Shown here: positions 1 through 13,360 of the stretch, piece after piece | How positions within the stretch are numbered: position 1 is the stretch's first letter | Layout: every line of letters starts with the position of its first letter | Source of the DNA: Rhizophagus irregularis | Taxonomy: Eukaryota | Assembly (NCBI RefSeq): GCF_026210795.1 | Contig: NC_089435.1 | Coordinates: 4,030,001-4,094,000 of the forward strand | Direction of reading: 5' to 3' | DNA: 64,000 bases | Notes under the pieces: model-generated | The model's input: only the letters and a program-made list of their open reading frames with translations | What the model was told of the DNA's origin: nothing | Databases searched by the model: none | Made by a program: the position numbers and the translations under genes

Positions 1-1252
1 CCTGTTCAGCAGATGCTCTATTATCAATATTAATATAGTCATTCACAGCTAAAGGATCTACGAATCCTAACTCATCAATTAATGATTGTAATTCATGTCC
101 AATATTATCTTCTTCATAATCGGAATTGTCTGAACATTCAGAATCTTCCATATTATTATTGGGAAGGATCCAGCTTTAGCCCAACTGTTAAGAATTGTTT
201 TTTGAGATACTTTTTTCCAGGCATCAGCAATTAAATTGATTGAATCAAAAATATCAATTGGGGTCTCCCTCTTCATAAAAATCATAAGCTTGAATACGAT
301 TTTGACATAGCAATTTGCGATATTGTGCTTTTAAACTATAAATAATCGCCTTGATCTAATGGTTGAAGAAATGATGTTGTATTTGGTGGTAAAAAATGAA
401 CCTTAACATTTGAAAGACTATTGATGTTCTCAGATTCATGACATCTAGCATTATCTATTAGTAAAATAATATGCCGATTTTCTCTAAGCATTTTGGAATT
501 TAATCTTTCAAGATAATGTTTGAAAATACTTCTTTGCATCTAAGCTTTAGAGTTCCAATAATACCAAACAGGAGAGATCTTTTTTCAATTCCCTTTAATG
601 CACGTGGTGTTTCATATTTATGAATAAAAACTAAAGGCAATCTTTCATCACCAGAAGCATTACAAGTTGCCAAAATACTAACATGTTCTTTAGGGACATT
701 TTTTACCAAGTACAGGGATCGTGTGCTATTGTTTTGGATGGTTCTAAACACCAAAAAAAGAGCAGTTTCATCACAGTTCCAGATATCTTTCAGTTCATAT
801 GCTTGAAGAATTTCTCGTAATTCAGCTCTCATTTGTGGAAGTTCATCAATAGGAGCACTGCCAGCTTCTCCTTTTTTTTATATGTATGCAAATGCAAATT
901 ATTTCTCTGTTTAAAGTTGCTTAACCATCCTGCAGAAACTGAAAAGTTGGTGATATCAAGTAAGTTAGCACACTCTACTGCTTTTTGTTGGATAATAGGC
1001 CCATTTATAGTTAAATTTCTTGAAACTAGATTTTTCACGAAAATTATTTGCATTTGGTAAAATGGTATCAATGGAAAGCCGATGTTCTGATCTTTTTAAA
1101 ATATCAGAAACTGTGCTAGTGGAAATTCCATATTGTGCTGCTAATTGAACACCACTAAGTTTTTGATCTCTTCATTTTTCGCAGAGTTCTTTCTTTTGAG
1201 CTAATGTTAAAGATTTCTTCTTTTTATTATTCGTATCTTTGTTTTCTCTCAT
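1..1252 (-). pseudogene. pogo/Tigger-like (CENP-B HTH + DDE_1) transposase pseudogene, runs off window start
   Basis: Fragments read MRENKDT..KKSLTLAQKKELC, ISTSTVSDILK, FSVSAGWLSNFKQR, IWNCDETAL, LLIDNARCH, FLPPNTTSFLQPLDQG; frameshifts and stops. Confidence 0.9.
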
Positions 1253-1535
1253 GCTAAAGTATAGTTTGAAAAAAAAAACAGTGAGAAAAATTGTTTGCCT
1301 AATTAATAAATGATTGACATAATTATTTCGGACTCCGAAAAAATTAATACGTCATATCAAGATTTTTTAATTATAGTTGATCTAGAATAAAATCCGATTT
1401 ACGAAATATTGAGATTTTACTAATAAAGTCCGATATATCAAGACTGTTTTAATATAGATGATTTGGTTCCAGAAGAAAAATCCGAAATAGTGCCAAATCC
1501 GGTTTATCGAGGATCTGATTTATCGAGATTGCCTG
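1..1535 (-). mobile_element. Tigger/pogo DNA transposon, 5' end with TIR at ~1500-1535
   Basis: Minus strand reads CAGGCAATCTCGATAAATCAGATCCTCGATAAACCGG upstream of the transposase; same end style as the Tigger-like MITEs at 4784 and 20890. Confidence 0.75.
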
Positions 1536-1599
1536 TGTATTTACAAATTTTTAAAAATTGATTATTTTTAGAGGTGTTATGCTATAATCGCACTAAATT

Positions 1600-1792
1600 G
1601 AAAATAGCGATAAAAAGTTAATTGCGGTATTGCAATTCACCTTTTTATATGATTTTAATATAAAAAACTAAATTGCAATATTTCAAAAAAAATGTTCGCA
1701 TCATTTTTTTTTTTGATATTTTAATATAAATTCTGAAAATTTTCAGATTTCAGTTCAGGTTAGGTTAAACAGATAACCTGATATAACCTGAC
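1600..1792 (-). mobile_element. Fragment of the hAT-MITE family seen at 13925-14546
   Basis: Reverse complement matches ~14003-14055 (GTCAGGTTATATCAGGTT..) and ~14310-14385. Confidence 0.7.
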
Positions 1793-3713
1793 TAGAGCTC
1801 CGAATGGGTCGGGTCGGGTCGGGTAATTGACTTGACCCGACCCAAGGCAAGTCATGAATTTGGTGACCCGACCCGAATATCACGGGTCAGTTCGGATACC
1901 CGACCCGACCCATTGACCCGATATATTTTGGGTCAAAAAAACGTTTCGGCACTTTTTATTACGCCAAAACGTCTTTTTTTTTGTTTCTTCTAATGAAAAA
2001 CGTCGGACCCGACGTTTTTAAATTAAAGAAACAATTTTTTTTTGTTTCTTTTAATAAAAAACGTCAGGTTCGAGGTTTTTTAATTAAAGAAACGTTTTCT
2101 CTTGTTTCTTTTAATGAAAAAACGTCAAACCCGACGTTTTTTAATTAAAGAAACATTTTTTTTGTTTCTTTTAATGAAAAAATGTCAAACACGACGTTTT
2201 TTAATTAAAGAAACATTTTTTTGTTTCTTTTAATGAAAAAACGTCAAACCCGACGTTTTTAATTAAAGAAACATCTTTTTTTGTTTCTTTTAATGAAAAA
2301 ACGTCAAACCTGATGTTTTTTAATTAAAGAAACATTTTTTTTGTTTCTTTTAATGAAAAAACGTCAAACCCGACGTTTTTTAATTTAAGAAACATTTTTT
2401 TTTGTTTCTTTTAATAAAAAACGTCAGGTTAGACGTTTTTTAATTAAAGAAACATTTTTTTTGTTTCTTTTAATGAAAAAACGTCAAACCCGACGTTTTT
2501 TAATTAAAGAAACATTTTTTTTGTTTCTTTTAATAAAAAAACGTCAAACCTGACATTTTTTAATTTAAGAAACATTTTTTTTTGTTTCTTTTAATAAAAA
2601 ACGTCAGGTTAGACGTTTTTTAATTAAAGAAACATTTTTTTTTGTTTCTTTTAATGAAAAAACGTCAAACCTGACGTTTTTTAATTAAAGAAACTTTTTT
2701 TTTGTTTCTTTTAATGAAAAAACGTCAAACCCGACGTTTTTTAATTTAAGAAACATTTTTTTTTGTTTCTTTTGATAAAAAACGTCAGGTTAGACGTTTT
2801 TTAATTAAAGAAACATTTTTTTTGTTTCTTTTAATGAAAAAATGTCAAACCCGACGTTTTTTAATTTAAGAAACATTTTTTTTTGTTTCTTTTGATAAAA
2901 AACGTCAGGTTAGACGTTTTTTAATTAAAGAAACATTTTTTTTGTTTCTTTTAATGAAAAAACGTCAAACCTGACATTTTTTAATTTAAGAAACATTTTT
3001 TTTGTTTCTTTTAATAAAAAACGTCAGGTTAGACGTTTTTTAATTAAAGAAACATTTTTTTTGTTTCTTTTAATGAAAAAATGTCAAACCCGACGTTTTT
3101 TAATTTAAGAAACATTTTTTTTTGTTTCTTTTGATAAAAAACGTCAGGTTAGACGTTTTTTAATTAAAGAAACATTTTTTTTGTTTCTTTTAATGAAAAA
3201 ACGTCAAACCCAACATTTTTTAATTAAAGAAACATTTTTTTTTGTTTCTTTTAATAAAAAACGTCAGGTTAGACGTTTTTTAATTAAAGAAACATTTTTT
3301 TGTTTCTTTTAATGAAAAAATGTCAAACCCGACGTTTTTTAATTAAAGAAACTTTTTTTTTATTTCTTTTTTTGTTTCTTTTAATAAAAAACGTCAGGTT
3401 AGACGTTTTTTAATAAAGAAATATTTTTTTTTGTTTCTTTAATCGAACCTGATGTTTTTAATAAAAAAAGACGTTTTTGTAATTATTTTTAATGAAAAAA
3501 CGTCAGATTCAGGTCAGTTTGGCATTTTTTTATATATATAAAATGCTGAAACGTCTTATTTTTGACTGAAATATGTCGGGTCAATGGGTCGGGTCGGGTA
3601 CCCGACTGTGACTGACCCGACCCGAGGTCGGGTCATTAAATCTGCTACCCGACCTGAATTTTTCAGGTCAACCCGTCGGGTCACCCGATCCGTCGGGTCA
3701 AATTCAGAGCTCT
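1793..3713. mobile_element. Non-autonomous hAT-like element with internal hairpin array
   Basis: TIRs TAGAGCTCCGAAT / ATTCAGAGCTCTA, subterminal GACCC/GGGTC pentamers at both ends; no TSD found. Confidence 0.75.
1980..3430. repeat. ~24 tandem ~60-bp palindromic units
   Basis: Unit TGTTTCTTTTAATGAAAAAACGTC-N6-GACGTTTTTTAATTAAAGAAACA plus a T-run. Confidence 0.95.
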
Positions 3714-4108
3714 AACTACTAGTTATCATTAAACTATGAAATTACTACTATATTATACAGGAAACAGTAAAAATAATACTGTAAATGTAAAGAATTGGAG
3801 CTACCTATAAGTAAGTTATGAAATCACTATTAGATTATGGATAGTAGGTTATAAAGTTACTATCAAATCATATAATTAGATTATGATATCACTATTATAT
3901 TATGAAGTTACTAGTAGACTATAAAGTTACTTTCATAACCTAATTTAAGTCACATGTGACTTCATAATATAATTATATTATGAAGTTACATGTGACTCAA
4001 TATAAAATTCTTAATTACAAATGAATTTCATAATTATAATATAAATAGAAAAGGTAAAGTAAATTATTTACTTAAACATGATAAGAGTTTATTGCTGTTT
4101 TGGCCTTA

Positions 4109-4293
4109 GGGGAGTTACACATATTACATAATATTCAGTTTAATATAAACTTACTCCCCTCCCCTTCCTTGTCAGATTTAATAACCAATCAAATTATAAT
4201 ATTTATAAATCATATAATTTTATTAAGTGTAACGTAAAATTTTGGTTACTTCCCTTCCCCCCTTTAATAATTAAATAATATGTGTAAGCTTCC
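4109..4293. mobile_element. PIF/Harbinger (Tourist)-like MITE
   Basis: TIR GGGGAGTTACACATATTA / TAATATGTGTAAGCTTCC, TTA on both sides; removal restores WIFLEAGKAKTAI. Confidence 0.8.
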
Positions 4294-4783
4294 TTACCAG
4301 CTTCTAGAAAAATCCACTTATTAATATAAATATTATACCATTTTTTCTAATGTAATAATATTATCATTAACTCTGTATTGTGATAATGTCTACTATTATT
4401 ATAATAGTTATATAATTAGGTTTCCTTTCAAGTATTTCTATTACCTCATGTAATAAAGATACCATAAACTAAGTATTTTACTTAGTGTTTTCACTTTAGT
4501 GATTAAAAGTATTGACATTGATATTATTGGTATTTTGATCTTTAGTATATAACAAAATAGAATGTAAAGTCCATTCACATTTACCAAACCATTTATCTTT
4601 TGTTTCCTTTGCTTTTTTTGGATTAATATGCATTTCGTAATTTACAATATTTACAATAATCAAAGCTTCATCAAAATTAAATTGGGCAAAAGTGGCAAGC
4701 AATTGTGCATTTAGGTAAGTTTTATGGATATGATGTAACATAAATGTTATCAATTGTTTTTGATATTTATCAAGATCTTTATA

Positions 4784-4955
4784 CAGTCAAACTTTGATAT
4801 AGCGAACCCTTAATATAGTGAATTTTTTAAACAACTATAATAAATTTCCCCTTGCTATAACGAATTAACCAATCAAATCTCTTAAAATCTTCATTATAGC
4901 CATATAGCGAAGTTGAGGTCTGGAACCTAGGATTCATTATAACAAGGGTTAACTG
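4784..4955. mobile_element. Tigger/pogo-like MITE
   Basis: TA-CAGTCAAACTTTGATATAGCGAA ... TTCATTATAACAAGGGTTAACTG-TA. Confidence 0.8.
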
Positions 4956-6097
4956 TATTTATTTAATGGCAAATATTCTTTTAATTTTTTAAAAAAAACA
5001 AATAGATTTTACAATTGATATGGGTATTGGAATGTATTTTTTAGTAATTGCCAAAAATATATTGAAAGCAATGTGATATACTGTATAAGAATTATGTGTT
5101 GCAATTCTATTTTGTGTTATAATCAATTGTTTTAAATAATGAGAAAACATCGTAAATTTTGAGCTGCAACAATTAATTCATTCTATATATTACAAAAAAA
5201 TAAAATTATAAGTTGAATACTACTGTTAAAATAAGAAATGTGATGTAGTAATTTCATTCTGTAGATTATTTTGTGATTTTTTTGATTTTTTTGATTTTAT
5301 TGATTTATTTGATAAATCTGATAAATTTGATATATTTAATTTATTTATTTTATTTATTTTATTTGTTATAATTATTTATATTTATTTTATTTATTTTATC
5401 AAATATTCTTATTTTTTATTTTATTATAAATAGTGTTAGTATTTTACTAAGTTGAAGGGAAATTAGTTAGTTTACAGATAGTTTTGATAATTAAGAATTG
5501 TATTGTAATATTCAAGTTATATGAAAAGAGCATTATTTCCAGTAATATAATTCAAGATAGTTTTGCAACTAAAAGATTATCTATATTCTTCATCATATTT
5601 AAAGTTTTATATTATTTTAATAAAAGTCTATTTTCTTTAACTGAATATCTAACGTTATTTCACATGATTATTATGACCAATTTAAGATTCTTCTATTAAG
5701 AATTTGTTAAAACGTTAAAGTTTTTCAGTTAACTTTAATCATTAACAGGATAACACTACATTTATCTTACCCAAAGTACCAGGTCTGTAATATTAATATT
5801 TATTAGTTTTTTAATATTTGCAAATACTTGATATCTACATTTATTACATTCTGAATAAAGTCTACTTAAATTTTCTTTATATATAAAATAATTACCATTT
5901 AATCATATCATAAAAGTAATTCTATACATTTTATTAGGATATTGTTCATGAAATTTTTTCCATAATACTTATTTGTAATTTTACAAATAAAGTACAGGTA
6001 ATTTATTATTTGCACTGTCAGTTTTATAAGAACTCATATTAACATATTCTTTTATAGAAAAAAACAATTCAAATTGTTGTAATTGTTCAGTAGTGAG

Positions 6098-6737
6098 TAA
6101 AGCTCTAACCGGTCTGGGCCTAATCTGGCAATCCAAAACGAAAATTAGAATTGGTCCAGTTTGGGTTGATGCTTCAATCCAGACTGAAATATTTAGTCTG
6201 GTCTGATTTGGTCTGGTCTGGTCCAAAATTATAAATCTAATCCAGACTGAATTAAACAAGTTAGGACCAGGCTGGACTGAAAATTTGCCAAAATTTTATC
6301 TGTATTTTAATTCTATAATTCTGGTTCTATAGTAAGTGTAGTTTTATTTTAAGCCTATGTTTACTTTGTATAATATTAGTGTATAAAGACGTATAATTTT
6401 CTTATATAATATATATATTACACAAAGTGAATATAGGCTTAAATCAAAGTTACACATATCAGGTAGATCATTACAGAACCAGAATTATGGAATTAGAATA
6501 CAGTTATAATTTTAGTAAAAATTTTAATTTTGATCATATGATATTATAACAGCCAATCAGAATTTCAGATTTTTTATTATAGAACTGGACTGGACTGAAT
6601 TAAATAATTAGTCTGATCTGGTCTGGTCCTAGATTATCTTTTTAACATAATCCAAATTGGACTGAAATGAAGCAATTTTTCAGTCTGGTCTTAGATTACT
6701 CTTTAACCTGGATCAATCCAGATCATTTAGAGCTTCA
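6098..6737. mobile_element. hAT-like MITE with CTGGT/GACCA pentamers
   Basis: Ends TAAAGCTCTAA / TTAGAGCTTCA; degenerate 8-bp TSD GTAGTGAG / GTAATAAG. Confidence 0.75.
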
Positions 6738-6792
6738 GTAATAAGTTTTGTTCAATGAAAAATTGGTTTATTCAGTAAAGATACATTATAAC

Positions 6793-7036
6793 TAAGGTTG
6801 CTTACCGAAACCTAGGGGTTTAGGTAAGATGGCGTTTCGCCGAAAAGCGAAATTCTGCCGAAACTATATTAAAGTTATATTAAAAAACTGGCAAAACTTT
6901 GGAGAAAGGCGAAACTGCCAAAACTTATTATAAATGCCGAAACTGCCGAAACTCTGCCGAAACTATAATAAATCTATAGTAAAATTTTGACGAAACTAAT
7001 CATAGGATTTTGAAGAGGTTTAGACAAGCAACCTTA
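6793..7036. mobile_element. hAT-like MITE
   Basis: TIR TAAGGTTGCTT / AAGCAACCTTA, perfect 8-bp TSD ATTATAAC, internal GCCGAAAC repeats. Confidence 0.9.
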
Positions 7037-10000
7037 ATTATAACCATTTGTTTGTATATAGTATTCTGAATAAGTCGAGTCAAGTTAATTATTGAACAAA
7101 ATCATACTTGACTCAGAAAAATTGAATCAAGTCGAGTTAAAATTATAATATTTTTAGACTTGACTTGACTTATAAAAGCATTAAATTGAATCGATTTAAA
7201 TCAATTCGAGTCTAACTCTGAGTTTGAGTTGAGTCGAGTCAAGTTTAAACTGAATCAGACTCAAATTTTTTATATTTCTTCATTGTAAAGTGTAAATGAT
7301 TTATATAGATTATTTATATTATTACTTATTTTTTATTTAATAAAATAATGTAAATAGCAAACATTAAAAATTAAAACATATTACAAATTTATATTGATTA
7401 TATTATATAAAAGTATTTACGTAAATAAAAAATTATCATAATTCCGCTTTTCACTAAGACTTTAGGCACATACACGTCTGGATTGTTTCAGCTGAAAGAC
7501 TACATCTTTTTTGTGTCATAAGATCAGTTCCGCCAGAAAAAGCTCTTTCAACAGGAACACTAGTTGCTAATGTTAAATATAAATAAATATTAAATAAAAT
7601 ATTTTTAAAACCAATAACTGTAGTTTTAATGGTTTATTAAAGGTATATTTACCAGAAATACTAGTGAGGTAATCTTGAACTATTAGGCCATACAAACTTG
7701 ATTTTATGGTTTTCATAATATAAAAATTTCATCAATAACCCGGCAACCCGGCTTTTAATTTTTTTTTTCAAAAATTTTATATGCGAAATTTTTTTTCAAT
7801 TTTTAAAAAATTCTCACCCGGCATAGTAATAATATAAAAAATTTTTTTTTAAGACTTAACAAAACTAATCCGGCCAGACTATGAAAACCATTTTTACCAC
7901 TTTGTATCACCTTACTGCCAAATGAGGGTATTGAGATTCGTTTAACTAAAAAATAATATATAAAAAATAAAAATTAATATAAAATTAATATAATTAATAT
8001 GAAATTATTTAATTTTGATCATACTGTACCTTCCACCATTCTAGTATATTAATTTCTGCAGACAAAACTGGATATCCAAGAAACAATTCTACATCAGGAA
8101 ATTATATAGTGCGAAAAGTTGCGCAAGTTTACACATCATAATATTTCGTAAGCTTCCAGACCCGCCGCAAGTTTGCGTAAGCGTAATATTTCGTAACTTT
8201 TTAAAATATTTCGAAATATTACGATATGCAAAGCTTCGTAATTTTACGATTTGTAATATTCCGTAATTTTGCGGTTCGCAATATTTCGTAATTTTACATA
8301 ATATTTCGTAAGTTTTCAGACCCGCCGCAAGTTTGCGTAAGCGTAATATTTTGTAACTTTTTAAAATATTTCGAAATATTACTGTATGCAAGGCTTCGTA
8401 ATTTTACGATTCGTAATATTCCGTAATTTTACTGCGTAATACTTCGCAACTTTTTAAAATATTTCGAAATTCTATGATGCGTAATGTTCCATAATTTGAC
8501 GATTCGTAATATTCTGTGATTTTACACAACTTAATATTTCGTAATATTTCAAAATATTTCGATAAATAATACTTCATTTTCTGTACTATAAGTTTATATA
8601 ATGTATGTTTTATTAGATATAATCATAAAAAATTACAAGTATTTATTAATATATACAGAATACATAAAAGTAAAAAAGAGAAAGAGTAGAGTAACAATAT
8701 TATTAGACGTAAAAAGAAGAGAAACAGCTATAGTAACGTTAGTATTAGATATAAAGATAAAAGAAATATTGTTATTATTGTTAGTATTAAGGTAAAAAGA
8801 GTTAAAGAAACAGTAAAAGGAGTAAAAGAAACATAGATATTATCGTTAGTATTAAAGTACAAGTAAAAAGAAATAAAGGAAACGTAGATAGTATTGTTAG
8901 TATTACGACATAAAGTAACAAAGAGGTAAAAAAAAACGCGTTAATATTAAAATAATTAGTATTAATAAATAAATATTTCTATACCTGCAAAGTAATTGAA
9001 CAAAAGAATAAAGAAATAAAGAGAAAGGAAAAAATAAACATGTTGTTAGTATTGTTAGTATCGTTAGTATTAAAGTACAAGTAAAAAGGAATAAAGGAAA
9101 CATGGATATTATTGTTAGTATTACGATACAAAATAACAAAGAGGTAAAAAAAAATGAAAATAATTAGTATTAATAAACAAATATTTCTATACCTGCAAAG
9201 CAATAAATTATGAAATATATGTAAATATATTGTATATAATTAAAGAAATAATAGAAAGAAGAGACAAAAAAATTAAAAATATTGAACAAAAGAATAAAGA
9301 AATAAGAAACAAAAATAAATAAGACAAAAACGCGTGCATGATTAAATGATTAAATGATTAAATCACATGCAAGGATCAGCCTAATTTTGATTGGCCAGAA
9401 ATCATGTACATCGTATAGCGGGTGTGACATAAATAAATCGTGACTGAAATTTGTGTTCAATTTGTGTTCAATTTGTGTTGATAATTCTGGTAAAAAATTT
9501 GTTAATTTTGGCCAAATTTCGTTAAATTTGTTAAATTTGTGTTGAGTTTGTGTTGAATTTGTGTTGCGTAATTTTTTATTTATCACAAGGGGATGATATT
9601 TAGTAATTGCATGTACGACGTACAAGATTTTTTTTATGATTTTTTTAAGAAATGTACGCAAAATATTTAATCAGAATATAATTGTTTTATTTTTAAATAT
9701 GATATATTGATGATTTTTTTTTAAAAATTCAATAGAATGTGCTAATAATAAATTGTTTTATTTTTAAATATAATATATTGATATTTATATTTAAATAACC
9801 AAAACATGTACATGATTTTTAATTATTTTTAATTGAAATCAAACTAAGATTTTTTTTTAAAAAAAAATTAAAATAAATTAAGTGATTTATATCTATATTT
9901 AAGAATCATGATATTTATATTTAGATAATCCATATCCGCATGAGATTTAATTAATATGTTTAATGATGAAAAGTCTAATAAATTAAATTTTAATTGAAAC

Positions 10001-10122
10001 GAGAAATAAAATCAAACCAAAGAGGTATTGTTCAAATTTTATTTAAAGTGACATTTTACGACTTTCTTTCAAATTTTTACTCATCCCAAAATCAAATTAT
10101 AAAAATAAAATCAAATCTAATA

Positions 10123-10763
10123 ATGCCTCGCCAAACACGTCATCGTTCCTATAACGTCCATTGGAACTGGGCTATGATGGACGAACTTGTTGACATACGC
10201 CGCGACAGAAACCGCGCCTACCATAATATTAATGGTAGAAGCCGCCATGATTTTTGGGACTCTGTTGCCAATAGGTTCATATGACTAATATCTATAATTT
10301 TCTTTAAGAAAGAATTTAAATTCAAATTAACCAATCCATTTAATTGAATCAGAATAAATAGAATATTTCGAACGAGGGTTTCCGGGCAACAGTGCAGCCA
10401 AAAGTGGAGGAACCTCGTCGGGGATTACCATGTAAGTAAATAAATAAAATTACATTCATTTAAATTAAATGTATTTACCGAATATTCAAACTGATTTTGA
10501 TATTTAGAACTATGTCCTTTATCGTAATGGTACCCCTGATCGGCCTGGGCGGCGGCTGTGGACGCGTACCGGCCAAAGATATTATCGCGAATTTAGAACG
10601 AGATTTTGGGAGAGGCCGGGTAATTATACTATAATAAAATTTTATAATTAATATTACATTCTATTTTACGTTCACATTTTAAATTTGATAAATTTGATCA
10701 ATTTTAGATACGCGTGACGATCGTAGGAGAAGGAGAAACTTACCTACGTATCGTAGAAGATAA
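10123..10763 (+). CDS. Myb/SANT-like (trihelix-type) DNA-binding protein, 132 aa, 4 exons (10123-10274, 10353-10431, 10508-10619, 10708-10763)
   Basis: GT-AG introns give an open frame: MPRQ..WNWAMMDELVDIRR..FWDSVANRINRIFRTRVSGQQCSQKWRNLVGDYH..FWERPDTRDDRRRRRNLPTYRRR*; spaced Trp and QCxxKWxNL motif. Confidence 0.85.
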
Positions 10764-11134
10764 TTATTTTTATTTTTTTATTTATTAAGTGAGTAGCTAG
10801 GCCCAGTCCGTGACCAAATATCGGCTGGAGACTCACGTTTTTTTGGGCTGTGACTGATACTGACGTCCACGCCGTACAGCCTGGGTACTATTTTATAAAA
10901 TAGTAGCGAACAAGTATCAAATGTATATTTTTTTATTAAGTTATAATAAAAATTAGAATTTACTTTAATTTTTAACATAAAAATTGTAAATAATAAAAAA
11001 TTCGTAAATAAAAATAAATTTGCTTTCCCAAACTTAAAAAAAAAGGTGTTTATATAAAAGAAAAGGTGTTTATATTATTTTTGATTATTCAATAGTATCA
11101 CATGCCCCTTGTATACGTTCTACTGCATACGCAG

Positions 11135-11580
11135 TTTACAATCTCGTAAATTTTCGAAACGGAATATTACGCAGGTTTACAGTCTCGTAAATTTTCGAAA
11201 TATTTCAACCGTAATATTACGCAGGTTTACAGTTTCGTAAATTTTCGAAATATTTTAACCGTAATATTACGCAGGTTTACAGTCTCGTAAATTTTCGAAA
11301 TATTTCAACCGTAATATTACGCAGGTTTACAGTCTCGTAAATTTTCGAAATATTTTAACCGTAATATTACGCAGATTTACAGTCTCGTAAATTTTCGAAA
11401 TATTTCAACCGTAATATTACGCAGGTTTACAGTCTCGTAAATTTTCGAAATATTTCAACCGTAATATTACGCAGGTTTACAGTTTCGTAAATTTTCGAAA
11501 TATTTCAACCGTAATATTACGCAGGTTTACAGTTTCGTAAATTTGCAGAATATTTTGACCGTAATATTGCGTAAATCTTA
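11135..11580. repeat. ~50-bp tandem subterminal repeat
   Basis: GTAATATTACGCAGGTTTACAGTCTCGTAAATTTTCGAAATATTTCAACC repeated ~8 times. Confidence 0.9.
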
Positions 11581-12754
11581 CGATATTGTAAACTTACGTA
11601 ATATTTTAACCGTAATATCACATAAATCTTACGAAATTGTAAACTTACGTAATATTTTGAAATTTTTCGAAATATTATGCCATAAACTTTCATAAACTTA
11701 CAAAATCGTAAACTTACGCAATTTTTCGCGCTATAAAATTTCCTGATGTAGTTCATTTTCATTTGTTGAACATCTTTTTTTATATATGTGATGGAATAGG
11801 TTATCGTTAGACTCACTATTTCGATCTGATTCAATAGTCATTGATGGTGAAGATGCATATTGTGTGTTATATAGTATATTAAAAACACTTGTTCATATTT
11901 CAGTAATGTATTCTTCTTTCCAATTGTTATCTTTATAGTATTGAAGTTTTAATTGGGGATCAAGAACTAAAGAAATATTAAAAATGTTAAAATTAGAAGA
12001 AAAAATACAATATTAACATAGAAATATAAAAAATATACCTGTAGATATATTATACATTAAGGCGGATGTATAGTGGTAATATTTTTGAATTTTTTCTATA
12101 GCATTCTTTGCTGCTATTTTTATAACTTCATTTGTATTTTTGTTGGTTTAAAGATCTTTGATCTCATCCATAAGCTAATTATAAATTGGCACAGAGTTTG
12201 AGATTGTTAGGAATCACAAATGGGAAATATGATTTATAGTATAAGAAAATATCTAATATAATTATAAAAATTAAAAATTAATAGGACAATTACATATAAT
12301 GATATAAATTTATAAATAAATAAAATAATAAATCTTACATGTAATAAATTTTTAATTTTTTCCAATAATTTCCATTTGGAATCTACTAACTCCCATTTTC
12401 TTAAATTTCTATCTGCTGTTACAGTATTATCCAAAGCCTAGTATAATTAAAATAATTAAATAGTAAATAATACAATTTATATAAAAAAATTTTATTAATA
12501 ATCATCATTAATAGTAAAAAATTACCTCTCGTAATTCACAACTTCGTTTATCATCGCGTAAGTTGAATTCCACCTCGTTTTCACATCAGATATAGGTTCT
12601 TTGTTTGGAAGGTGAGCAGCTTCACATTGACATGCCAATTTCTCTTATTTTTGGGGGATATGCAAATTTTAATAATAAGTTTGCGAAGCTATAGATATAA
12701 AATATAAATATAATATAAAATCAATTAAATCATATAATAATATAATTACATTAA

Positions 12755-13360
12755 TTGCCGATTCACCACTCAGCAATACAAAATGATCAGCAATCTATAA
12801 TTAATCTTGTCAGACATTTTTATATTAAATACTATTGCTTTTGAATGGTGTTTGCACAAGTTTGAAAACATTTTGTTGTAATATAAATGCCCTAAAAATA
12901 CATTAAAAAAAGGTATTACACTACTTAGGTATAGTTTTATAAAACTGGTAAAATTAAAACATTGCCAAAAAAAAAAAAAAAATTTTTTTTATTTTCTTTT
13001 TTTTAAAATATTATTTTGTTAATCTAAGCAAAAATATACCATATATTATATAATAATACAAAAAAACCTTGTAAAATTTGCAAAATTTGCAAATAATTGG
13101 TGCAAGGTTACCTAAAATATGAGCTGGAATGGTGACTTTCTCCAAAGTAAATTCTTTAAATTTTATAGTAAACAAAAAAAAATTTTTTTTTTTGTGATAT
13201 ATTTACGTTTTGCATTATTGATTGGTAAAGTATGGTTACATTAAGCATGACTTATGTAGGACAAAATCAGAATTGAAATGTGCCGATCAATGTCATTCAA
13301 ATATAAAGCTTGTGACGGATCTATTAATCAATTTTGTATTGTTGAGTGGTGGATTGGAAA
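12755..13360. mobile_element. TTAA-flanked MITE in a hAT intron (piggyBac-like target)
   Basis: Imperfect TIR TTGCCGATTCACCACTCAGCAATACAAA / TTTGTATTGTTGAGTGGTGGATTGGAAA, TTAA on both sides. Confidence 0.7.

Larger units (their letters stand above)
8089..11751. mobile_element. CMC/CACTA-like non-autonomous TIR element with 2-bp TSD and gene cargo
   Basis: TIR CTACATCAGGAAATTWTATAGYGCGAAAA at both ends; TT duplication whose removal restores the hAT frame NENELFLGYP; long subterminal repeat arrays (8100-8560, 11130-11720). Confidence 0.85.

Noticed and set aside
1980..3430. CRISPR array or integron attC cassette array
   Set aside because: No unique spacers or cassettes; only 6-nt loop variants, inside a TIR element in eukaryotic DNA with no cas or integrase gene.
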